A stretch of DNA of 58,636 nucleotides from Candidatus Cloacimonadota bacterium (GCA_029982875.1 JARRCD010000001.1:1-58636); one strand, 5' to 3'; counted from the first letter of the stretch, positions 25,402 to 35,035 are shown. Notes: generated from the sequence alone by a model not told the origin. Made by a program: numbers and translations.

Positions 25402-28400
25402 ATGAAGAAGCATTTTATAACGCTTGTATTTGGGGTCTTGACAATAATGCTGGCTGCCAATACGGGATCGATCAAATTACAAAGCGCTTCCGAGCAAGCT
25501 CAGATTTTGCGCAGCACGTCGAATGGGCTTGAGCTGAGATTTGCCCTCGATACTCTGGATTACTTTGAGGTTCAAAGCAAAGAAGGTGTATGGACGGCGA
25601 TATCGGCAAAAAACTACAGCAGCACAAATAAAGTGGGCGAACCCAAACTTCCCCTGCTGAGAAAGATAATAAGCGTTCCCCTGGGAGCTGAAGTAAAATA
25701 CCAGCTTAAAGATACTGTAAAGAATTCAGTTTCTTTGAGTGAACATGGTATACACTACCCCATCATTCCATTTCAAGAGAGCGTTTCCAAGAGCGCTAAT
25801 CCTTTAGAATTACCCTTCGTAGTAAATAGAGATTTTTATAACGGTAACCGTGCTACCTCCGAAGCAGTAATCCAGATTCACGAACTGGGTATGCTACGTG
25901 GGGAAAGGCTTTTTGCCCTGGATTTTGTCCCTGTAAACTACAATCCCGGTAGTAAAGAGCTGGAAATTGTGCTTTCAACAAAAGTCGAAATTAGCTTTGT
26001 AGGTGCAGATCACAACGCCACTTCCGAGCTGAAAGCCAAGACTTATTCTCCGGCGTTTGAAGCCTCCCTCTCCTCCGCTGTATGGAATTACCAGTCAAGT
26101 AGAACCAGCTTGCTGCAATACCCGATCGGCTATGTTATCATAGTTCCGGCGAGTTTTCAAGCTGCCATGCAACCCTTTATCGATTGGAAGACCCAGCAAG
26201 GCTACAACGTAACTGTTACCACCATCGAAAGCATTGGCAACAATACAAGTTCGATCAAAAACTATATGCAAGACCTCTGGGATGCCGCCACCCCGCAGAA
26301 TCCGGCTCCCAGCTATCTCTTGATCGTAGGAGATGTAGCCCAGGTGGCTACAAATAGCTCAACTACCTATGGCTCCCATCCTACCGACCTGCATTACGTC
26401 CGCCTTGAAGGCACGGATTACATGCCGGAGATGTATTACGGACGTTTTTCTGCCACGAGCACTGCCCAAGTAACTAATCAGGTAAATAAGACCCTCATGT
26501 ATGAACAATATACCATGCCTGATGATGAGTATCTCAGCAAAACCGTATTGATCGCTGGAATGGATAGCTTTTACGCTTCTACTCATGGCAATGGTCAGAT
26601 CAATTACGCTACCCAGAATTATTATAACACCGACCATAGCATTACCAGCAATAACTATATGTATCCGCAATCCGGGTCTAATGCCGGCAATATCATAGCC
26701 AATGTTTCTGAAGGACGCGGTTACGTAAATTATACTGCCCACGGTGGTACCACCGACTGGAGTGACCCAAATTTTAACGTCTATGACGTTAATGCTCTGC
26801 AAAATACCAATGAATATTCCTTTGTCGTGGGGAACTGCTGTCTCACTAATAAGTTTGACGTGGGAGTATGTTTTGGCGAATCCTGGTTGCGTGCCGAAAA
26901 CAAGGGTGGGATCATCTATATCGGCGGCACCAATAGCACCTATTGGGATGAAGACTATTGGTGGAGTGTGGGCGCAAAAGGTAGTGCCACAGGCTCTGCT
27001 CCTGCCTATGACGGCGATGCCCTCGGCGCTTATGATGCTGTGTTCCACGAAAATAACGAAGATTTTACCGATTGGGCTGGCAGCGCCGGCAGCATGGTGG
27101 TAATGGGAAATCTGGCGGTCGTGCAAGGAAATAGCACCCGCATCGATTACTACTGGGAAATTTACTCCATCATGGGAGATCCTTCTTTAACACCCTATAT
27201 GGGTATCCCGCAGGAAAACACTATGCTCCCTCCGGAAACCTTCTTCCTTGGTTGGGATAGCATGGAAATCATTGCCGATCCCTATAGCTACGTGGCAGTT
27301 TCAATGAATTCTGAATTACACGGAGCCGGATTGGTCGGCGAAAGTGGTTCTCTGGAGTTGGATATCACCCCCTTTGATGAACCAGGCACCGCTCAAATCG
27401 TGGTAACCCGCTCCATGCGCAAACCTCTGATTGCCAATATTGCCGTGATCCCCAATGAAGGTCCTTATGTAACCGTCAGTCAGATCACTGTGGCAGATGA
27501 TAATGGCATCGCCGAAGCTGGTGAAACCATTGCCATGGATCTCACCTTTAGCAATGTGGGCGTAATGGCTGCAGAAAACCTGAGCGTAACCATCGCAACC
27601 GAAAGCCCCTGGATTTATATCTCGGAACCGGAAACCACTATTGCCGATATCAGCCCGGCTGATGAGCTTACAGTAAGCTCTATCTTCACCGCTCATATCG
27701 ATCAGGGAACTCCCGATCAGCACATCGCTGAATTCATTATCACGGTAAGCGATGGGGAAAACGAATGGGTCTCTACCAGAAATCTAACTATCAATGCGCC
27801 GGATGTAGTTATCAATTCGGTCAGCTTTTTTGATCCTAATAACAACGGTATCTTCGAAGGCGGAGAAACTATCACCATCACCTTGAATATCACAAATTCT
27901 GGACACATGGCTGTGGAAAGTGGCACTTTGGATCTGATTCTAAACAGCGATATGGCGAGTTTGCCTAATAATTCCTTTATGATACCCGGCATCAATATCG
28001 GTGGCAATATCCCTCTCAGCTTTGATGTTGTGCTCGCCACTGAGATCGAAGAAGGAGTGGTGATACCTCTGGGTGTGGCTTTGAATATGGGCGCTCAAAT
28101 GATCAATCATAGCGTTTTGATCCCAATAGGCGCCGTTATGGAAGGTTTTGAATCCGGCGGGTTCGATACTTTCCCCTGGGTTAATAATAGCTCTCAACCC
28201 TGGACTGTGGTCTCTACCGAAGCACACAGCGGCAATAACTCTGTGCGCAGTGGTGCAATCAGCGACAATTCCAGCACCACCCTGCAAGTCACTATGGACG
28301 TGGATAGTGAAGGAGAACTTAGCTTTTGGCGCAAAGTGTCTTCAGAAGCAAATTATGACTTACTCAAGTTCTACATCGATGGTGAGGAAATGGCCTCCTG

Positions 28401-29184
28401 GAGCGGAACTTTGAATTGGAGCGAATTCAGCTATCCCGTAAGCGCTGGAACTCATACCTTCAAATGGTCTTACCTAAAAGATATCAATACTACCGGTGGC
28501 AGTGATGCCGCCTGGATCGATGACATCAGATTCCCCGCGATTGGCAACAGTGAAATCCCCATGGCTTATACAACTACAGAGGAAATAGAATTCCCGGAGG
28601 TATATCCCAACACCACCGTTTCAGCGGAATTCGTTTTGCGTAATCTGGGTACTGCAGCTCTGGAAGGTTCCATTAGCATCCCCACGGAGTTTGATCTCTC
28701 CCTGATGGGACAAGAGCTGCCCGATGATTACTTCTACTCTGTCGCCCCCGGCGTAAGCATGGTCTTTACTTTGTCCTTTACTGCAGATGATCTGGTAGAG
28801 GATATCAATGACGAGATCATAATCATAACCAATGATCCCGATCTGCCCATGATCACCATACCTATCACCTTGATTGCCGTCTCAAACGCAGACTTGGTAA
28901 ATCCTGCCGTAACCGCTTTGAAGGGCAATTTCCCGAATCCCTTTAATCCTACCACCTCAATCCGCTTCTCTCTTAAGGAAAGTGCTCGGGTTAAGCTCAA
29001 TATCTACAACCTCAAAGGTCAATTGATCAAGAGCTTGGTCAATCACGAGATGTCTGCCGGCAATCACCAAATCCTGTGGGATGGAAAAGATAATCGCGGT
29101 GCCTCCGTGGCCAGCGGTATCTATCTCTACCGGATGCAGACTAAAGACTATCAATCAACCGCGAAGATGATGCTTATGAAATAA
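25402..29184 (+). CDS. secreted gingipain-like (C25) cysteine peptidase with MAM-like domain and T9SS C-terminal sorting domain
   Basis: AGGAG SD and a signal peptide. C25 core: YVIIVP...IDWKTQQGYNV, LLIVGD, HPTDLHY, YYGRFSA, His YTAHGG, Cys VVGNCCLTN. Ig-like repeats. EGFESGGFDTFPW...FYIDG domain. C-terminus FPNPFNPTTSIRFSL...GIYLYRM. Confidence 0.85.
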   Translation: MKKHFITLVFGVLTIMLAANTGSIKLQSASEQAQILRSTSNGLELRFALDTLDYFEVQSKEGVWTAISAKNYSSTNKVGEPKLPLLRKIISVPLGAEVKYQLKDTVKNSVSLSEHGIHYPIIPFQESVSKSANPLELPFVVNRDFYNGNRATSEAVIQIHELGMLRGERLFALDFVPVNYNPGSKELEIVLSTKVEISFVGADHNATSELKAKTYSPAFEASLSSAVWNYQSSRTSLLQYPIGYVIIVPASFQAAMQPFIDWKTQQGYNVTVTTIESIGNNTSSIKNYMQDLWDAATPQNPAPSYLLIVGDVAQVATNSSTTYGSHPTDLHYVRLEGTDYMPEMYYGRFSATSTAQVTNQVNKTLMYEQYTMPDDEYLSKTVLIAGMDSFYASTHGNGQINYATQNYYNTDHSITSNNYMYPQSGSNAGNIIANVSEGRGYVNYTAHGGTTDWSDPNFNVYDVNALQNTNEYSFVVGNCCLTNKFDVGVCFGESWLRAENKGGIIYIGGTNSTYWDEDYWWSVGAKGSATGSAPAYDGDALGAYDAVFHENNEDFTDWAGSAGSMVVMGNLAVVQGNSTRIDYYWEIYSIMGDPSLTPYMGIPQENTMLPPETFFLGWDSMEIIADPYSYVAVSMNSELHGAGLVGESGSLELDITPFDEPGTAQIVVTRSMRKPLIANIAVIPNEGPYVTVSQITVADDNGIAEAGETIAMDLTFSNVGVMAAENLSVTIATESPWIYISEPETTIADISPADELTVSSIFTAHIDQGTPDQHIAEFIITVSDGENEWVSTRNLTINAPDVVINSVSFFDPNNNGIFEGGETITITLNITNSGHMAVESGTLDLILNSDMASLPNNSFMIPGINIGGNIPLSFDVVLATEIEEGVVIPLGVALNMGAQMINHSVLIPIGAVMEGFESGGFDTFPWVNNSSQPWTVVSTEAHSGNNSVRSGAISDNSSTTLQVTMDVDSEGELSFWRKVSSEANYDLLKFYIDGEEMASWSGTLNWSEFSYPVSAGTHTFKWSYLKDINTTGGSDAAWIDDIRFPAIGNSEIPMAYTTTEEIEFPEVYPNTTVSAEFVLRNLGTAALEGSISIPTEFDLSLMGQELPDDYFYSVAPGVSMVFTLSFTADDLVEDINDEIIIITNDPDLPMITIPITLIAVSNADLVNPAVTALKGNFPNPFNPTTSIRFSLKESARVKLNIYNLKGQLIKSLVNHEMSAGNHQILWDGKDNRGASVASGIYLYRMQTKDYQSTAKMMLMK

Positions 29185-29300
29185 AGAATCGGGCACTTCC
29201 TCTTTCCGGAAGAGCCCCATACTTCTTGTAAATATATAATGTATGAAATAAGCGGGGATGAAACCCCAAAAAGTTTAATTTGAGATATATGGAGGATATA

Positions 29301-32300
29301 ATGAAGAAACTCATTATATTAGTAAGCCTGATCCTGGCTTTGGCCTTGACGCTGAACGCCGAACAAGTTATAATAGGTAATTATCCTAATGATATAAACC
29401 TTTTAAGCAGCAATATGGGACAAGCTCAGGTAGAGTTTACCTTAGGCTCTTTTAACAGGCAAGCGGTAACAATAGACGACCAAACATGGTATCTGCCCAG
29501 TGTAAAACAGGCCGGAGTCACTCTTGAAGCCGGCTATCCCGAAGTTCCCATCTTTGCCACCAGTCTGATTATCCCACCTCAATCCAATATGGAACTTGAG
29601 ATTATTAATAGTGAGTATGTCGAGCTCGATATGCCCATCGCCCCTTCCAAGGGTAACCTCACTCGTAATATTGATCCCAGCACGGTAGCTTATACATTTG
29701 CAGATTTTTATCAGAGTACCGGGGCTTATCCCCAAGAGATTACCGAGCTTACTGACCCCTTTATCCTGCGGGATTTTCGGGGGATCACCATTCATTTCAA
29801 GCCTTTTGTGTACTACCCAGCTACCGGCATTACGAGAATCTATACCAAGATCACCGTCCAAGTAAGCGAAAACGGGGTGAATCTCACTAATGCACTCAGT
29901 ACACCAAGAGATAGCTACGCCCCTGAATTTGCCGATATCTACCAGAACATGTTCCTGAATTTCGCTCAAGCCAAATATCCATCTTTGGATGAAGAAGGCC
30001 GCATCCTGGTGATCAAACACTCTATGTTTGACACCCATTATGAGCCTTGGGTACAGTGGAAACGGCAAAAGGGATATGAAATCTCGGTAGTGGATGTTGC
30101 CGAAGCAGGTCCCACCGCAAACGAGATCAAGAGTTATATCCAAGGGCAATACAACCTGAATGACGGCTTGATGTTTGTGCAAATCTTTGGAGATGCCGCC
30201 CAAGTACCTACACTTGTCAATGGCGGAGGCGGGAGTGACCCTTCTTACGCCCTTTTAGCTGGAAGCGACAGTTATCCGGATATCTATGTAGGACGTTTCT
30301 CGGCTACTACTGTGGCAGAATTGCAAACTCAAATCACCAGATCTGTGCATTATGAGCGCGATATCCAAAATGGAGCAGATTGGCTGGAAAACGCTATCGG
30401 TATTGCCTCAAACGAAGGCGGAGGTAGCCAAGGCGATATGGGCGAAAGCGATCAAGTGCACATGGATAATATCCGGGATGACCTTTTGAATTATGGCTAC
30501 ACTACCGTGGATCAGCTATATCAAAACTTCGGAGCCACGGCTGCACAAGTAGCCAGCAGCGTGAATTCCGGACGCGGTCTCATCAACTACGTGGGACACG
30601 GTTCAACCACTTCCTGGGTCGCTACGGGCTTTAATAATACCAATGTAAATAACCTGGTAAATGAATATGAGCTCCCCTTTATAGTATCGGTAGCATGTGT
30701 GAATGGTAACTTTGTAAGCTACACCTGTTTTGCCGAAGCTTGGCTGAGAGCCGAAAATAATGGCAATCCTACCGGAGCAGTAGCAATGTATGCTTCTTCA
30801 GTAAATCAGGGCTGGAATCCTCCCATGCGCGCCCAAGATGAGATTACAGACCTCCTCGTATCCGAGGCTAAATACACAATAGGGGGATTATTCTACAACG
30901 GTGCTTCCAAGATGATCGAAATATACGGCACCGATGGAATTGATGAATATAAAAACTGGCATATCTTTGGCGATGCTTCCCTGATGGTGAGAACCAAGAA
31001 TCCGGATGAGCTCTTTGTAGACCTGAATCCCGTGCTATTGATCGGCATGAGTAGCCTTACGGTTACTACAGAGCCTGGCGCCTGGCTTACTCTGAGTGCT
31101 GGCGATGAAATCTATGGCAAAGCCGTGGCAGATGATGCCGGTTTGGCCCAAATCAATTTAGATATTCTGCCTGATCAACCGATGGAGCTGACCCTTACCG
31201 TAACCGCTTTTAATAAAGTAACTCACATCAGCACTGTGGATGTGCTGCCGGCCGATGGTGCATACATAATCGTAACTGATGTGCAAGTAACTGATGACAA
31301 CAACGGCAATCCCGAATTTAACGAAGTGGTAACCGTGCATGTTGCGATGGAGAATGTGGGAAACGATCCCGCAGAAGGAGTTAGCATAGCCATCATTAGT
31401 GATGATCCCTACATCTCTGTCCTTGACGATTCCGAGCTTATTGCTGATATTCCCTCAAATAGCACCGGCTCGACCCTATCCGGTATAGACATCCAGATTT
31501 CGGATTTCGTACCGGATCAATACGCTGCAGATTTCTCTGTAAACATAACTCTGGATAATGGCGAAGAATTCATCTATGATTATACCATGACCATCAATGC
31601 TCCCAAAATCGAATGGGGTACTTTGGTTGTGGATGATCCGGATGGTAATGATAACGGTAGAATCGATCCCGGCGAAAGCTTTATCTTGAGCATTCCCTTT
31701 ACCAACAACGGCAATGCAGGCACCCCCGATATCGAGACAGCACTTATCATCAATGGCGGCGAAAGCATCATCACCCCCGTTCTGGATAGCTTTAGTCCCC
31801 TGCAAGTGGGTGGAGAAGGCACAGCAATGTATTTTGTTACACTTTCTTCGCAAATCCAACCTGGCTCCACGCTACAGATCATCGCCATGGCAAACTACGG
31901 CAATTATACAGAAAACCAAATCTACAACATAAGAGTTGGAATCCTTGTAGATGGCTTTGAAAATGGATTTACCGATTTCCCGTGGAGCTTCTCAGGCGGG
32001 ATATGGACGATAGATACCGATAGCTACAGTGGGAGTTTTGCTGTGCGCAGTGCTGCTATTTCTCACAATCAGAGCACTTCCTTGATTGTGACTTTAAGTA
32101 ATCCCTCCGATGGAATTATCTCTTTTTGGAAGAAGCTCTCCACTGAGTTGAATCACGACTACCTCAAATTCTACATCAATGAACAGCTCAAAAATCAATG
32201 GAGTGGAATTGATGACGCTTGGAGTCAAGTGAGTTATATGGTCCAAGCCGGTACCAATACCTACCGCTGGGAATTCTCCAAGGACTTTTCTGTATCCGAC

Positions 32301-32993
32301 GGTCTTGATGGAGTTTGGATCGATGAAGTTGTTTTCCCTGCAGATGAGATTCAGACCGGTTCCCCAGAGCTGCTGGTAGACCCGCTGAGTCTCGATTTTG
32401 GCAATGTGGAAATAGGTAGCGAAGCCTCTCTTCCGCTTACCATATCGAATGTCGGCAACGCATCTATGATAGGCTATCTTCAAGTGCCTCAGCCCTATAC
32501 ACTGCAGCTGGAGGCTGAGGAATATGTAAATATTAGGAGCTATATTTTGGGTGCAGGAGAATCTCTGGAGTGGAATATTGGATATCGTCCCACAGAAGAA
32601 GGGGTATTCCCGGTAAATCTGATCATCAGCTCGGATGATCCCAATGCTCCCACTACCAATATCCCCATCATGGGCTCAGCTACTCCCGTTTCAAATCAGG
32701 ATGAAGTGAATCCCGTGATCACCGAGCTGCGCGGAAACTATCCCAATCCCTTCAATCCCACTACCACCATCAGCTTTTCTTTGAATCAGAAGGGCCCCGT
32801 AAGCATAGATATCTACAATATCTTGGGACAAAAGGTAAACACCCTGTTTAATGGAGAATTAGGACAAGGCCTGCACAAGCTCACCTGGAATGGTACAGAC
32901 GATAAGGGTCGCGCAGTTGCCAGTGGTATGTATTTCTATAAAATGAAGAGTAATGATTATAGCAAAACCAAGAAAATGATCCTGATGAAATAG
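29301..32993 (+). CDS. secreted gingipain-like (C25) cysteine peptidase, tandem paralogue, T9SS C-terminal domain
   Basis: The start is set at ATG 29301 (GGAGGA SD at 29290..29295) rather than the TTG at 29280. Motifs VQWKRQKGYEI, IFGD, DPSYAL, YVGRFSA, His YVGHGS, Cys VSVACVNGN. DGFENGFTDFPW...FYINE domain. C-terminus YPNPFNPTTTISFSL...GMYFYKM. Confidence 0.85.
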   Translation: MKKLIILVSLILALALTLNAEQVIIGNYPNDINLLSSNMGQAQVEFTLGSFNRQAVTIDDQTWYLPSVKQAGVTLEAGYPEVPIFATSLIIPPQSNMELEIINSEYVELDMPIAPSKGNLTRNIDPSTVAYTFADFYQSTGAYPQEITELTDPFILRDFRGITIHFKPFVYYPATGITRIYTKITVQVSENGVNLTNALSTPRDSYAPEFADIYQNMFLNFAQAKYPSLDEEGRILVIKHSMFDTHYEPWVQWKRQKGYEISVVDVAEAGPTANEIKSYIQGQYNLNDGLMFVQIFGDAAQVPTLVNGGGGSDPSYALLAGSDSYPDIYVGRFSATTVAELQTQITRSVHYERDIQNGADWLENAIGIASNEGGGSQGDMGESDQVHMDNIRDDLLNYGYTTVDQLYQNFGATAAQVASSVNSGRGLINYVGHGSTTSWVATGFNNTNVNNLVNEYELPFIVSVACVNGNFVSYTCFAEAWLRAENNGNPTGAVAMYASSVNQGWNPPMRAQDEITDLLVSEAKYTIGGLFYNGASKMIEIYGTDGIDEYKNWHIFGDASLMVRTKNPDELFVDLNPVLLIGMSSLTVTTEPGAWLTLSAGDEIYGKAVADDAGLAQINLDILPDQPMELTLTVTAFNKVTHISTVDVLPADGAYIIVTDVQVTDDNNGNPEFNEVVTVHVAMENVGNDPAEGVSIAIISDDPYISVLDDSELIADIPSNSTGSTLSGIDIQISDFVPDQYAADFSVNITLDNGEEFIYDYTMTINAPKIEWGTLVVDDPDGNDNGRIDPGESFILSIPFTNNGNAGTPDIETALIINGGESIITPVLDSFSPLQVGGEGTAMYFVTLSSQIQPGSTLQIIAMANYGNYTENQIYNIRVGILVDGFENGFTDFPWSFSGGIWTIDTDSYSGSFAVRSAAISHNQSTSLIVTLSNPSDGIISFWKKLSTELNHDYLKFYINEQLKNQWSGIDDAWSQVSYMVQAGTNTYRWEFSKDFSVSDGLDGVWIDEVVFPADEIQTGSPELLVDPLSLDFGNVEIGSEASLPLTISNVGNASMIGYLQVPQPYTLQLEAEEYVNIRSYILGAGESLEWNIGYRPTEEGVFPVNLIISSDDPNAPTTNIPIMGSATPVSNQDEVNPVITELRGNYPNPFNPTTTISFSLNQKGPVSIDIYNILGQKVNTLFNGELGQGLHKLTWNGTDDKGRAVASGMYFYKMKSNDYSKTKKMILMK

Positions 32994-33016
32994 TATCAAA
33001 TGACTATAACGAAAAA

Positions 33017-33045
33017 GCCCGTGGCAATCGCTATGGGTTTTTTTT
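33017..33045. terminator. bidirectional intrinsic terminator
   Basis: AAAAA-GCCCGTGGC-aatc-GCTATGGG-TTTTTTTT: an 8-bp stem including two G:U pairs. It sits between the convergent genes ending at 32993 (+) and 33057 (-). Confidence 0.65.
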
Positions 33046-33056
33046 ATGGCAAAACT

Positions 33057-33314
33057 TCAGATTCTTATGGGCTGGATGCGGCCTTGATTCAGCTTGAGAG
33101 CAGGCTCTCCATGGATCATTCTGATGATGCCAATTTCCTTATGGCAATTCGGACATTGGGGACGCGAGTGCGTTTCAGCGCCTTGTAAACCCACATAATC
33201 CTCGGTCAGACGTGAGATCATCACCTTGATCAACCGGCCTTTACCGGCTTTATAGTAGCGAAAGAGCCGATATCCGCATTTACACTCAATATCTATGATT
33301 TTGCCGGTACGCAT
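33057..33314 (-). CDS. small zinc-ribbon protein, hypothetical
   Basis: 85-aa ORF with two Cys pairs (CKCG ... CPNCH) and a basic composition. It overlaps the upstream ORF by 29 nt in another frame. Confidence 0.45.
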   Translation of the reverse strand: MRTGKIIDIECKCGYRLFRYYKAGKGRLIKVMISRLTEDYVGLQGAETHSRPQCPNCHKEIGIIRMIHGEPALKLNQGRIQPIRI

Positions 33315-33612
33315 TTTGGATATCAGGATAGCTTCTAAGCTGCAGACAAGAGCTTATCGATCGTAGTTCCTTGCCCGGGAGCGCTGTCAATCTCATATTT
33401 GGCATCACTATCTTCAGCCGACCCGTTTCCACCTTGACCATTACTTGCTCGGAATAATAACGGCATTTTTGCGTTATAGCCTTTTGCTTGGTAATCGGCT
33501 TGTAATTGCTCCGGATAGACTGCAAAACCGGGATGATATTCTGATTCTGATGCAATTCTGTGTGCTCTGAGATTTCTTCCTGGCTGATGGCCACTGGTTC
33601 TTTCTTTTTCAT
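33286..33612 (-). CDS. small basic protein with a possible AbrB/SpoVT-like segment, hypothetical
   Basis: The start is set at ATG 33612 (MKKKEP..., AAGG 8 nt upstream). The segment MVKVETGRLKIVMPNMRLTAL loosely fits the AbrB/MazE looped-hinge pattern (V..GR..IP...R..L). An alternative short start is at 33441. Confidence 0.35.
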   Translation of the reverse strand: MKKKEPVAISQEEISEHTELHQNQNIIPVLQSIRSNYKPITKQKAITQKCRYYSEQVMVKVETGRLKIVMPNMRLTALPGKELRSISSCLQLRSYPDIQNAYRQNHRY

Positions 33613-33777
33613 GATGTAAGCCTTACGAAGATTGATTTTTTTGTCAATAACTTTAAGGTGGGCGGACAATGAACTCGGCTGCAAGTCCGGTCCAAAATGG
33701 CTTATGAATATAGAAAAGCAACCGTTTGCAGTAGGATACATGGCCTGGGGTCAACACGCGTCAAGATGCGATCCCTA

Positions 33778-33850
33778 CCTGCCTTGTATTGCTCCATCAT
33801 TACGCCACCATTACGCCTGTGAGGCGCAATGCTGTAGCTATCTTAATGAG
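33778..33850. repeat. 73-nt conserved hairpin element (copy A)
   Basis: 62/73 identical to 58439..58511. The core is a 13-bp hairpin (caccattRcgcct / aggcgYaatgStg) around a 3-nt loop. Confidence 0.75.
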
Positions 33851-34025
33851 TTATAAGCTGTTAAAAGATTAGCTATATGTCCCCAATCCTTAGAACAGCG
33901 CAAGAAACAGATTGAAGCGATAAGAATTTTCTAATGAGGCGAGACCAGAGGATCTGCAGGTTTTGGTCATCCTCAAATTTGCAAAAGTCTTGACAGAAAG
34001 TAGCATCCGAAATGCTTAGATACAG

Positions 34026-35021
34026 ATGACTAATAGTAAAAAATCCCAATACAAAGCTATTGCTCTGTTTTCTGGTGGCTTAGATAGCCTCTTGACCGTA
34101 AAATGGATGCAAAAAGCCGGATACACTGTGTATCCGGTATACTTCCTCACGCCTTATATGCCGGTTGAACGAGCTTTGGAATCGGCCCGCGCCAATCAAA
34201 TCGATATCATCGTGCGGGATATCACAACCGAACATCTCACCATGATGCAGGACCCTCAAACCAGTTTTGGGAAAAACCTCAATCCCTGTGTGGATTGTCA
34301 TGCTCTCATGTTTCGCTTGGCGGGAGATATGCTATCCGAACTCGATGCCCATTACCTGATATCCGGTGAAGTATTGGGGCAGAGACCAATGAGTCAACGG
34401 CGCGATGCGATGAACCGGGTAGCAAAACTGAGCGGATATCGCGATCTCCTCGTCCGTCCCTTATCCCAGAAATTGCTGCGCGAAACCACCCCAATTCGGG
34501 AAGCTTGGGTGGATATCAACGATATGTTGGATTTTTCCGGAAGAGGGCGCACCCGTCAGATTACTTTGGCTAAAGAGCTGGGAATTACCGAATTTCCGGC
34601 GCCAGCAGGTGGCTGTTTGCTCACAGACCGAAATTATTCAATGCGCCTCAAAGATCTCATGCAACACCATCAAACCCAAACCCAAAATCTCGAACTCTTG
34701 CTTTATGGCAGACATTTTCGCATGGATAACGATACCAAGCTGATTATCGGTAGAGATGAAGCAGAAAACATGCACATGCAAAAACTTAGCCATGGTTTGA
34801 CGATCCTCAAAGCTAATGATTACCCCGGTCCTTTAGGTTTACTGAATCATAGCACGGAGGAGATCCTGCAGCAAGCGATAGCCATCTTTTGGTACTATCA
34901 CCCCAAAGCCCCTGAATCTGGTTTGGTAACTATTTCATATCCAGATAACGACAGCCGTGAATATATGGCGACAAAGGCCAAACCGGAATTAATCAAACAA
35001 AAACGAATATCTTATGACTAA
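34026..35021 (+). CDS. PP-loop ATP pyrophosphatase family protein (MnmA/ThiI-like, probable tRNA thiolase)
   Basis: PP-loop ALFSGGLDS. NPCVDCH resembles the NPCVICN of MnmA. A third Cys lies in PAGGCLLTD. 331 aa. No obvious SD. Confidence 0.7.
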   Translation: MTNSKKSQYKAIALFSGGLDSLLTVKWMQKAGYTVYPVYFLTPYMPVERALESARANQIDIIVRDITTEHLTMMQDPQTSFGKNLNPCVDCHALMFRLAGDMLSELDAHYLISGEVLGQRPMSQRRDAMNRVAKLSGYRDLLVRPLSQKLLRETTPIREAWVDINDMLDFSGRGRTRQITLAKELGITEFPAPAGGCLLTDRNYSMRLKDLMQHHQTQTQNLELLLYGRHFRMDNDTKLIIGRDEAENMHMQKLSHGLTILKANDYPGPLGLLNHSTEEILQQAIAIFWYYHPKAPESGLVTISYPDNDSREYMATKAKPELIKQKRISYD

Positions 35022-35035
35022 GGCAAGGATGCACT

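Noticed and set aside
26359-27126. Long antisense or alternative-frame ORFs inside large genes: 26359..27126 (-), 29442..30203 (-), 49229..50065 (-), 15634..16260 (+), 47335..47955 (+), 6869..7414 (+) and many shorter ones.
   Set aside because: Each lies entirely within a motif-supported gene on the other strand or frame. They lack an SD and have odd composition (Cys/His/Arg-rich or low complexity). They are shadow ORFs.
33990-34018. A promoter for the PP-loop gene based on a perfect TTGACA at 33990..33995.
   Set aside because: No acceptable -10 hexamer lies at 16-19 nt spacing (TGCTTA/GCTTAG). TAGATA is 21 nt away and only 3 nt from the ATG. I left it uncalled.
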